Under the pieces are notes generated by a model. That model was not told where the DNA came from. It was given only the letters and a program-made list of their open reading frames with translations, and did no database searches. Shown piece by piece: positions 8,126 to 16,376 of a DNA stretch of 64,000 bases. The translations under genes were made by a program, and so were the position numbers. The DNA comes from Flavobacteriales bacterium (GTDB taxonomy: Bacteria > Bacteroidota > Bacteroidia > Flavobacteriales_D > CAJJDF01), in NCBI GenBank assembly GCA_965655625.1, contig CBFHHA010000009.1, positions 895 through 64,894 on the forward strand. Direction: 5' to 3'. Numbering within the stretch: position 1 is the first letter of the stretch; every line of letters starts with the position of its first letter.

Positions 8126-8917
8126 TTATAAATCTTGAGCCTGAGCTATAAGTTCTGCGATATCCATTACCTGAATATCTCCTTCTTTTTCGGCCAGTTT
8201 CACTCCGTCAGTCATCATGGTATTGCAAAATGGACATCCGGTAGCGATAAAATCTGGTTTTACCTCCAACGCGTCTTCTGTTCTTTCCACGTTCACTTCT
8301 TTGTTCCCTTTCTCTGCTTCTTTAAACATTTGAGCTCCTCCTGCTCCACAACACAAACCTTTGGTCCGACAACGTTTCATCTCTACCAATTCGGCATCCA
8401 ATGTTTCCAATACTTTCCTTGGCGCTTCGTACACATCGTTGGCTCTTCCTAAGTAACAAGGATCGTGAAAAGTGATTTTCTTCCCTTTGAATGGTTTTCC
8501 ATCTTCAATTCTCAATTTTCCCGAATCAATTAATTCTTGTATGAGTTGAGTGTGATGTATCACTTCATAATTCCCTCCCAATTCTGGGTATTCATTTTTT
8601 AAGGTATTGAAACAATGCGGACAGCCAGTTACAATTTTACTCACCTTGTATTCATTCATTATTTGAATGTTTTGCATGGCTTGCATCTGAAATAAAAACT
8701 CGTTTCCTGCTCTTTTTGCAGGATCTCCTGTACAAGATTCTTCGGCACCTAGCACAGCAAATTTCATATCCACTTTATTCAAAATTTTTACAATGGCTTT
8801 GGTGATTTTTTTGGCACGGTCATCAAAACTCCCCGCACAACCTATCCAAAATAAGATGTCAGGCACTTCTCCTTTAGCCACATATTCGGCCATTGTATGT
8901 ACTTTTAATTCGCTCAT
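8126..8917 (-). CDS. Double CCG-domain Fe-S protein (HdrB / HdrD C-half / GlpC / LutA-like)
   Basis: Two cysteine-rich CCG-type modules: WIGCAGS...GCPHCFNTL and DPCYLGR...LCCGAGGAQM...GCPFCNTMM. Confidence 0.8.
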   Translation of the reverse strand: MSELKVHTMAEYVAKGEVPDILFWIGCAGSFDDRAKKITKAIVKILNKVDMKFAVLGAEESCTGDPAKRAGNEFLFQMQAMQNIQIMNEYKVSKIVTGCPHCFNTLKNEYPELGGNYEVIHHTQLIQELIDSGKLRIEDGKPFKGKKITFHDPCYLGRANDVYEAPRKVLETLDAELVEMKRCRTKGLCCGAGGAQMFKEAEKGNKEVNVERTEDALEVKPDFIATGCPFCNTMMTDGVKLAEKEGDIQVMDIAELIAQAQDL

Positions 8918-8920
8918 AAT

Positions 8921-9334
8921 TTATGACTTAAAAACTTGTATTTTTTCATTTGAATCTACGAGGTCGGTAAATTTTCCAGTAAATCTTGTTGCTCTTACTA
9001 TATGATTATCAACCCAGTGATAATTTCCTCCTCTTGGTTTTCCAAATAATATCCCATGGTATTTAAACCCATGTTTTCCCAACCATTTTTCTGTTACTTC
9101 TCTATTTTCTTCTAATCGGGAGGTGAAAAACGTTATTATATGTCCTTGTTCATACCATTTGTTTAAGGTCTCCAAAGCATCGGGATAAACTTTAGCTGTT
9201 TCCATTCTCTCTGGTTGTTCATTTGGAATATCATCACAAATAGTCCCATCTATGTCAATCATGTAATTTTTTATTTCTTCAGGTAAAACCGGACTAATAT
9301 GCTTTCCATCTACTATTTTATCTCGTAAGTTCAT
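8921..9334 (-). CDS. Small HAD-superfamily phosphatase-like protein
   Basis: Has the DIDGTICD nucleophile motif (DxDGT), a TSR motif and GKPRGGNYHWVDN. 137 aa. The stop is 3 nt from the downstream CCG gene start. Confidence 0.6.
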   Translation of the reverse strand: MNLRDKIVDGKHISPVLPEEIKNYMIDIDGTICDDIPNEQPERMETAKVYPDALETLNKWYEQGHIITFFTSRLEENREVTEKWLGKHGFKYHGILFGKPRGGNYHWVDNHIVRATRFTGKFTDLVDSNEKIQVFKS

Positions 9335-9406
9335 GTTATTTTATTTTGTATCCCTTAGTGATTGGCATAAAACTATTAATAGCTTGTTCAAATGAAGTGA
9401 TTTTTA

Positions 9407-10723
9407 TTAATTCTCGTCCTTCCAATTCAATCTATCTGCTTGGGCAAATTGCCACGGAGCTCCGTTGTTCTCGATGTTACTGAACATTCCCGTTAATTCT
9501 GATGGAGCTTTGGACTCTTCCATTACTAAATATCTCCTTAAATCCACAATAATAGCCAACGGATCAATATTTACTGGACAGACCTCCGTACAAGCATTAC
9601 AACTGGTACATGCCCATATTTCCTCCTCGGTGATATAATCGTGAATCAAGGTTTTTTCATCAAGCTTATCCGTTCCATTCTTTCTCTTGAAATCTCCTAA
9701 TTCGACCATTCTATCTCTGGTATCCATCATTATTTTTCGAGGAGAAAGCAATTTTCCAGTCTGATTGGCTGGACATTCAGAAGTACATCTTCCACACTCT
9801 GTACAAGTGTATGCTTGCAACAAGCTGTTCCATGGTAAATCTGTCACATCTTTCACACCAAATGTTTGTGGTTCTCCTACAGGCTCGGCAGGAGCAGCAT
9901 AAGGATCTGCCTCTGGATCAAACATCATTTTCACCTCGTTGGTAACTGCTTCCATGTTGGAAAATCTTCCTTTAGCATCCAAATTGGAATACCACACATT
10001 GGGAAACGCCAAGAAAATGTGAAAATGCTTGGAGTAAGGCAGGTAATTCATAAAAGTTAACACAATAAACAAGTGACCCCACCACCCTATTCTTTCTAAA
10101 CTATGCAACGTTTCAACTTCCATACCTCCAAAGAACAAAGGGCCATACCATTGACTCATCGCAAATCCATAACTTCCATTCCCGTTCGCAATGTGCATTG
10201 CTTCATCTGCTCCGTTCATCGTACAAATGAATAACACCAATAAAATTTCTAAATACAAAATGATGTTCCCATCAAGCTTCGGCCAACCAGTCATTTCATC
10301 TTTGTGAAAACGAGGAAGTTTCAATAAATTTCTTCTTGCAAGAAAGGCAAATGTTGCTACCAAAGCCAAAACAGACAACACCTCAATAATGCTTATTATC
10401 AGTGTGTAAAAACCTCCCAAAAAAGGTTGAAAAATTCTGTGACTTCCCGTAATTCCATCAATTATAATTTCAATTAACTCTACTTGAGTTAAAATAAAGG
10501 CAACATAGATAACTAGGTGTAACAATGCTGGAATTGGTCGATGGAACATTTTCTTCTGACCCAAAGCTACCAAGGTCATCACTTTCCATCGTTCCCCTTT
10601 TCTGTCGTTTATTTTTTTACCTATTCCTAAGTTTATGTTGGCAATTACTTTCTTCACATTGAAGCCAAAAAAACCAAAGCCTGCCAAGATTAAAACAATA
10701 AAAATGATACTTGAAATTCCCAT
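9407..10723 (-). CDS. Membrane-anchored 2x[4Fe-4S] ferredoxin-domain oxidoreductase subunit (HdrD N-half/DsrK-like fused to a polytopic membrane domain)
   Basis: The N-terminal ~250 aa contain several hydrophobic helices with conserved His residues. The C-terminal part has the cluster motifs CTECGRCTSECP and CTSCNACTEVCP. Confidence 0.8.
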   Translation of the reverse strand: MGISSIIFIVLILAGFGFFGFNVKKVIANINLGIGKKINDRKGERWKVMTLVALGQKKMFHRPIPALLHLVIYVAFILTQVELIEIIIDGITGSHRIFQPFLGGFYTLIISIIEVLSVLALVATFAFLARRNLLKLPRFHKDEMTGWPKLDGNIILYLEILLVLFICTMNGADEAMHIANGNGSYGFAMSQWYGPLFFGGMEVETLHSLERIGWWGHLFIVLTFMNYLPYSKHFHIFLAFPNVWYSNLDAKGRFSNMEAVTNEVKMMFDPEADPYAAPAEPVGEPQTFGVKDVTDLPWNSLLQAYTCTECGRCTSECPANQTGKLLSPRKIMMDTRDRMVELGDFKRKNGTDKLDEKTLIHDYITEEEIWACTSCNACTEVCPVNIDPLAIIVDLRRYLVMEESKAPSELTGMFSNIENNGAPWQFAQADRLNWKDEN

Positions 10724-10810
10724 AAAATATGTGTGTAATTAGGTTGAGATAAAGATAGGTACTTTTTGAATAAATTATAAATGAATCCCGATAATTAAGA
10801 ACCAATCTAA

Positions 10811-10841
10811 ATAAAAAATCCCCTTACGGTGCAGTAAGAGG
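10811..10841 (-). terminator. Candidate rho-independent terminator after the MlaD-like gene
   Basis: On the minus strand the stem is CCTCTTAC / GTAAGGGG (7 of 8 pairs) with a 6-nt loop, followed by ATTTTTTAT. Confidence 0.5.
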
Positions 10842-10869
10842 ACTTATTTTCAGTTGTTTTCAATTTTTT

Positions 10870-11883
10870 TTAAGGCTGCTCTTCAAGCAACTTCTTTAAC
10901 TTTTGCTCATCTGTTGCATCTAACTTTACACCTTTTTCTTTCCCACCAAATACTGCAAATTGAAGGTATCTTTTTGGATGAGTTTTGATGTTATATACTA
11001 ATCTTTCCGTCTCTTCCAACATCGAATTCATGTTTTTGATAAGTTCATCGCTGTAAATTAATTGATGAGCTGTACCATTTCCATTGTTGATTTCCTCCAT
11101 CATTGATGTCACTTCTGCTAGGGCAGCTTTAGTCTGCATCACTGTACCTGCAATGTCAACACCTTTCAACGAGTCAGAAATATCTGAAAAATTGGCTATC
11201 AGATTGGTAATTTTAGCATTACTTTTCTTTACGTTTTCTGTTATACTCGCTATATTTCCCAATGTTTTTTTAATGTCTGAAGAACTTCCTTTCACCACAT
11301 TATCTACGTCTTGAACCGTAGAATTTAAAGTGGTCACCGTCTGTCTCAACGAATACATCATTCTTCTTAAGTTCTCACCGTCCGTTCCTAACACTGTGTC
11401 TATACTGGCTAGAGACTTATTTAGCTTATTCAACAACACATTTACTTTGGTTTCGATGGGAACAATCTTTTGAGTAGCTAGTTCGGTAATTCCAAATTTA
11501 TAATCTACCAAGATAGTATCCTTGTCTTGCAACACTTGTGAGCTATCACCCAATATAATTTGAATAGAGCTTTCGCCTAGCACGGTTGTTTCCAGTTTCG
11601 CTTTTGAATCTATCGGAAAATCCAATTCAGATTCTGAAATATTCAATACAGTAACCCAATTCTTGCTTTCGTCTAAAATATTGTCTTGAACAACCCCAAT
11701 TTTGTTTCCTTTATATCGAATTCCAGAACCTGGAACTAAACCCTGAATATTATCGTATGCCGCATAGAATGTTCTATTCGAACTAAATGCATTTATCCCT
11801 TTCAAAAACTGAATTCCGAATAATAATAATGCGATCGCTATCACTACTGTCAATCCAATAATAAACTCTTTTTTATACTTCAA
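10870..11883 (-). CDS. MlaD/MCE-family protein
   Basis: Single N-terminal TM helix (IIGLTVVIAIALLLFGIQF), an MCE domain (GLVPGSGIRYKGNKIGVV) and a long helical C-terminal region. Confidence 0.75.
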   Translation of the reverse strand: MKYKKEFIIGLTVVIAIALLLFGIQFLKGINAFSSNRTFYAAYDNIQGLVPGSGIRYKGNKIGVVQDNILDESKNWVTVLNISESELDFPIDSKAKLETTVLGESSIQIILGDSSQVLQDKDTILVDYKFGITELATQKIVPIETKVNVLLNKLNKSLASIDTVLGTDGENLRRMMYSLRQTVTTLNSTVQDVDNVVKGSSSDIKKTLGNIASITENVKKSNAKITNLIANFSDISDSLKGVDIAGTVMQTKAALAEVTSMMEEINNGNGTAHQLIYSDELIKNMNSMLEETERLVYNIKTHPKRYLQFAVFGGKEKGVKLDATDEQKLKKLLEEQP

Positions 11884-11895
11884 ATCTTTTTCGTT

Positions 11896-13023
11896 TTAAT
11901 TATTTCCTAATTTAATTGCTTCGTCTAAATTCACGCGCTTTCCATTTACAAACCCCATCAAAAAAGCATCTTTGTAGCCCTTTTTCTTTGCTGTTTTCAA
12001 CGATTTTTGAATCGAATTGTAAGAGGAAGTATTTCCGTAATAATATCGGTAGTACTTTCCATCTTTTTTAATCTCTATATTTTTTAGTCCTTTAAAGTTA
12101 TATGATTTCGGCTCAATTTTATTCGTTGAGGAGGCTAATTGTATTTTAAATTCAACTATCGAAGCGCTAGATGCAGTTTCACGGTTTGAAGATTTGTCTG
12201 AATTCTTCCTTATTTCGTTGTATATTCTATCTCGTTTGTTTTTATACGTTTTAAAAGCATTATAAATTGCTTTCGCCATCTTTTGTTGATTGGCAGAACT
12301 CTTGAGATACGTATTTTCTTTTGTATTTGTAAGAAAACCAGTCTCTATCAATACACTCGGCATTGTTGTTTTATACAACACGACAAACCCCGCTTGCTTT
12401 ACTCCCCTGTCTTTTCTCCCTATTTTTTTGAATTCTTTTTGAATCTCACTTGCAAAACTAATGCTTTGGTTTAAGTAAGCACTCAATTGCATGGTTCGAG
12501 CAATCAATTTTTCGGGAGTAATTTTTTGATATTTGTTGTGGCTATCTTCCTCTAATTCTATCACTGAATTTTCACGTGCCGCTATTTCTTCTTGTTCATC
12601 CGTTTTGTGTAACCCCAATACATAAGTTTCTGTTCCATAAGGAGAAGACTTGGCATTGGCATTGGCATGAACACAAATAAACAGGTCTGCTTTTTTCGTG
12701 TTCGCAATTTTTGCTCGGTTGTCAAGCGTGACAAACTTATCGGTTTTTCGGGTATACTCAACCGTTACATCTTTGTCATTTGTTTCAATGAGTTTTCCCA
12801 ACTTCAGCGCTATACTCAACGCAATTATTTTTTCTTTACTCCCTATTCCGGAACAACCGTCATCATGACCTCCATGACCTGCATCAATCACCACAGTTTT
12901 GAACTTCTTACCTTGAGAAAAAGAAGGGGAGAAAAAAAACAACATACCCAACATAAGAAATATGTTTCTTACTCGTTTGTGTATAATTCTGGGAGTTATC
13001 AAGGTCATTTTTTCTAAAAACAT
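11896..13023 (-). CDS. N-acetylmuramoyl-L-alanine amidase with C-terminal SPOR-like domain
   Basis: Amidase_3 motifs VVIDAGHGGHDDG and FICVHANA. The C-terminal FKIQLASS...YYRYYYG...AKKKGYKDAF is SPOR-like. I use ATG 13023 (or 13008) rather than 13155 because the signal peptide IFLMLGMLFFFSPSFSQ follows it. Confidence 0.85.
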   Translation of the reverse strand: MFLEKMTLITPRIIHKRVRNIFLMLGMLFFFSPSFSQGKKFKTVVIDAGHGGHDDGCSGIGSKEKIIALSIALKLGKLIETNDKDVTVEYTRKTDKFVTLDNRAKIANTKKADLFICVHANANAKSSPYGTETYVLGLHKTDEQEEIAARENSVIELEEDSHNKYQKITPEKLIARTMQLSAYLNQSISFASEIQKEFKKIGRKDRGVKQAGFVVLYKTTMPSVLIETGFLTNTKENTYLKSSANQQKMAKAIYNAFKTYKNKRDRIYNEIRKNSDKSSNRETASSASIVEFKIQLASSTNKIEPKSYNFKGLKNIEIKKDGKYYRYYYGNTSSYNSIQKSLKTAKKKGYKDAFLMGFVNGKRVNLDEAIKLGNN

Positions 13024-13034
13024 AGTTTTTCGAT

Positions 13035-13042
13035 TAACTTTG
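13035..13042 (+). promoter_or_regulatory. Candidate -7 promoter box (TAacTTTG) for the LptD-like gene
   Basis: Exact TAnnTTTG match in the divergent amidase / LptD-like spacer, 19 nt before the reading frame opens at 13061. Confidence 0.35.
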
Positions 13043-13123
13043 CCCGTAATTCTGTAATTAGGACAAAACAAATTTAACATTATACCACTTAAGCACATAT
13101 TCACACAGGTATTTTTTATTAGC

Positions 13124-15655
13124 TTGGCATTGTTAATATTGTTAACACCGAGCAAGTTATTAGCTCAAGAAAACACTGCACCAAAGACAGAAGTAAAATC
13201 CAAAAGATTACTGGACGAACCTGTGGAATACGATGCTGTTGACTCTACTATTCTGGATATCGTTGAACAAAAAGTATTCCTTTACAGCGGAGCGGTGGTG
13301 AAATTCGGTGAAATTCAATTAAAAGCCGGGTATATCGAATACGATTTCAAGAATAAGAATGTGTGTGCATATCCTCGAAAAGATTCAACAGGAAAAGACA
13401 TTGAATTCCCAGAATTTACAGATGGTCAAGAAACTTTTACCGCAAAATTAATGTGTTATAATTTTGAAACAAAAAAAGCTTTTGTGGAAGGAAGTAGAGC
13501 AAAACAAGGCGAAGGTTTTGTTCATTTTGACAAAGTAAAAGTGTACGAGAATAAAGAGACTCACGGTTTGCACGGAAAATACACTACTTGCGATGCCGAC
13601 CATCCGCATTATTATTTCAATATTTCGAAGGCTGTTGTAAAACCCAACGATAAAATCATAGCTGGTCCCTTAATGCTCTACATTGCAGATGTACCAACGC
13701 CTTTAGCATTGCCTTTTGGATTCTTTCCCAATCAAAAAAACAAGGGAGCTGGACTAATTATTCCGACTTACGACAATTCCGTGCCCTGGGGAAGCGGATT
13801 GAGAAATGGTGGGTATTACCTCCCAATTAAAGACAAGGCAGATATTCAATTAACAGGGAGTATTTATGCTCGAGGAACTTGGGGGGTTCGGGCTGTGACT
13901 CGCTACAAAAGCTTATACAAACACAATGGAAATTTTCAACTATCCTTTCAAGAAAATATAAACGGGGACAAAGAACTTCCGATACTAACGAGGTACTCAA
14001 AATCGAGGATATTTTCTATAATTTGGAACCACAATCAAGACCCAAAAGCGCGACCTAATTCTACTTTTAATGCGAACGTTAATTACAATAGCAACGCAAG
14101 AACGGACATTAACTCTCAAGGAACTGGATTCTTAAATAACTCGTATCAATCCTCTATTTCTTACCGCAAAATATTTCCAAACACTCCGTTCAGTGTAAAT
14201 GTAAATGCTTCTCAAAGCGGAACCTATACTCCTGCGGATACAGCTATTGGCAGACAGGCATTTAATAACCTTACTTTCAATTTGCCTGATATAAACTTTG
14301 CAATGAATCGGATTTACCCATTCAAAGCACTAGAGAATGACAGAAATGCTGGAAAAACATGGATGAAAGAGGCTTCTAAAATATTTCTTACTTGGAATAC
14401 GCAAATGAGAAACGAAGTAAATTTTATTGACACCGCATTGGGTGGCGATATTGTGAATCAACTCTTGCCAAAAGTTAGAAATGGAGTACAACATAATTTA
14501 TCTGCAGGAACCTCTATTAAAGTATTGAAAAAGAACGTAACACTGAATCCTGCAGTTCGACTAACAGAAAGATGGTATTTTCAGGAACTAGATAAAAGGT
14601 ATGATCCTTCCCAGGACAAAGTTTTATTGGATACAATGAGGGGGATTGAGAATTGGAGCAGAGCCATGAACGGTAGCATGAGTTTGTCCGCCACCACTAA
14701 GCTATACGGCTTTTATCAGTTTGCAAATTTTGCAAAAGGAAAAAGACAAACGCTTGTACGCCATGTGCTTACACCGAGTTTATCATACAATTATACACCT
14801 TCCCTCAATACTTATTCTGACACTCAGTATATCAATGTAAACAATGTAATTCTTCCTTACACTCCTCTTCAGTTAGGAGTATATGGAGTACCTCCCAGAA
14901 CTTCATCGGGTGCAATTGGACTTAATCTTACCAACTCTTTTGAGATGAAAATAAAAACTAAAACTGATACGGGTATGGTTTATAAAAGGGTGAAACTTAT
15001 TGATAACTTAACACTTTCGACAAGCTATGACCTCATCCGAACAGAATTTAAATTATCAGACATAAACGTAACAGGTCGGACAACTTTATTCAAAACAATC
15101 GGGCTGAACGGAAACATGAGATTTAATCCTTATGCGCTTAACGATACTTCGAGGACTGAACGTATCAATGAATATGAATATGTTAAATCGGGTAAATTAG
15201 CCAGAATGACGGATGCAAACTTAGCTGCAAGTTTTAGTTTGTCTCCAGAGACTTTTAGAAAAAAGAAGTCGGAAGAAGAAAAAAAACCAGAAGAAATCAA
15301 CCCGTATGACATTCCTTGGAATGCTTCTTTTACTTATAATTTGAATGTACGAAACTTTGTAAATTCAGTAAGTGACAAAGATACAACAACCTATATCCAA
15401 ACAGCTGGAGCAAGCGGATCCATTACTTTTACACAAAACTGGCGAGTAGGATTCAACTTAAACTATGACATCACAAAAAAAGAGTTATCTTACACATCAT
15501 TAGATATTTACAGAGACTTACACTGTTGGGAAATGAGACTTAGTTGGGTTCCTTTTGGTCCACGTCAAAGCTACAACTTTCAGATCAATGTAAAATCTTC
15601 CATCCTACAAGACTTACAATACAAAAAACAATCTCAGCCCAACGAATTTCGTTAA
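13124..15655 (+). CDS. LptD/OstA-like outer-membrane LPS-assembly protein (Bacteroidota type); start codon uncertain
   Basis: 843-aa beta-rich, N/S/T/Y-rich protein with an N-terminal OstA-like segment (VEYDAVDSTILDIVEQKVFLYSGAVVKFGEIQLKAGYIEYDF). The only canonical start is TTG 13124, but the frame is open from 13061 and encodes the missing part of a signal peptide. Confidence 0.65.
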   Translation: MALLILLTPSKLLAQENTAPKTEVKSKRLLDEPVEYDAVDSTILDIVEQKVFLYSGAVVKFGEIQLKAGYIEYDFKNKNVCAYPRKDSTGKDIEFPEFTDGQETFTAKLMCYNFETKKAFVEGSRAKQGEGFVHFDKVKVYENKETHGLHGKYTTCDADHPHYYFNISKAVVKPNDKIIAGPLMLYIADVPTPLALPFGFFPNQKNKGAGLIIPTYDNSVPWGSGLRNGGYYLPIKDKADIQLTGSIYARGTWGVRAVTRYKSLYKHNGNFQLSFQENINGDKELPILTRYSKSRIFSIIWNHNQDPKARPNSTFNANVNYNSNARTDINSQGTGFLNNSYQSSISYRKIFPNTPFSVNVNASQSGTYTPADTAIGRQAFNNLTFNLPDINFAMNRIYPFKALENDRNAGKTWMKEASKIFLTWNTQMRNEVNFIDTALGGDIVNQLLPKVRNGVQHNLSAGTSIKVLKKNVTLNPAVRLTERWYFQELDKRYDPSQDKVLLDTMRGIENWSRAMNGSMSLSATTKLYGFYQFANFAKGKRQTLVRHVLTPSLSYNYTPSLNTYSDTQYINVNNVILPYTPLQLGVYGVPPRTSSGAIGLNLTNSFEMKIKTKTDTGMVYKRVKLIDNLTLSTSYDLIRTEFKLSDINVTGRTTLFKTIGLNGNMRFNPYALNDTSRTERINEYEYVKSGKLARMTDANLAASFSLSPETFRKKKSEEEKKPEEINPYDIPWNASFTYNLNVRNFVNSVSDKDTTTYIQTAGASGSITFTQNWRVGFNLNYDITKKELSYTSLDIYRDLHCWEMRLSWVPFGPRQSYNFQINVKSSILQDLQYKKQSQPNEFR

Positions 15656-15682
15656 GTCTTTCTCATTCTTGAATTATTCTTC

Positions 15683-15690
15683 TAAATTTG
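15683..15690 (+). promoter_or_regulatory. Candidate -7 promoter box (TAaaTTTG)
   Basis: Exact TAnnTTTG match, 18 nt upstream of ATG 15709. Confidence 0.4.
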
Positions 15691-15708
15691 ATAAAACGGA
15701 ACAACTCT

Positions 15709-16368
15709 ATGAAAAAAACATTCCTTTTAGTGGTTATTTCCTGTCTACTTCTGAAAGGATATTCTCAGACCGAAACAGAAAAATTGATAACAAAAAATTG
15801 GACTATTTCCACGAATCTAATTTCCCAACCTTATTTATTTTTGCCAAAAAATAGACTTCCCAATGTATTTACCGGAGTGGGAATAACCCGCTATTTTGGA
15901 AAGATTGGAGTTCGACTAAACTACCACCATTTCGACAATAACAAATCGAGCTTATTTCTTCTTGATAGTAATTTGGTGAATGAACATTCTTTTTCCAGAG
16001 AGAATGTGGTAAAAATTGGAATGGAGTACAAGAAAAACTATGCTGACATAATCGCATTGCGATTTTTTGCCGATTATGCTTACATCCCATATACTTCTGA
16101 ATCAGAAATTTACGAAGACCGACAAACCCCTATTCTGTTTAATGAAAACAAAGGAATTTGTCACGGTGCGATTGTTGGGTTAGGAATCGATTGGAAATTC
16201 TCGGAGCATTTTTCTCTGGGCGCAGAAACAAGAATCGATTTTTTATTTTTCGAACAAAATCAAAAAATTCAAAATTTTAAGAACGGAAATACCGTTGAAT
16301 ATCATGTTTCGGCTAACACCATGAATTTAAAGCTAATTGGAAACGTCAGCTTTAATTACCATTTTTAA
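15709..16368 (+). CDS. Putative outer-membrane beta-barrel protein (hypothetical)
   Basis: Signal peptide MKKTFLLVVISCLLLKGYSQ, alternating hydrophobic strand-like pattern, and a C-terminal aromatic end (NVSFNYHF). Confidence 0.6.
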   Translation: MKKTFLLVVISCLLLKGYSQTETEKLITKNWTISTNLISQPYLFLPKNRLPNVFTGVGITRYFGKIGVRLNYHHFDNNKSSLFLLDSNLVNEHSFSRENVVKIGMEYKKNYADIIALRFFADYAYIPYTSESEIYEDRQTPILFNENKGICHGAIVGLGIDWKFSEHFSLGAETRIDFLFFEQNQKIQNFKNGNTVEYHVSANTMNLKLIGNVSFNYHF

Positions 16369-16376
16369 TTTATTTC

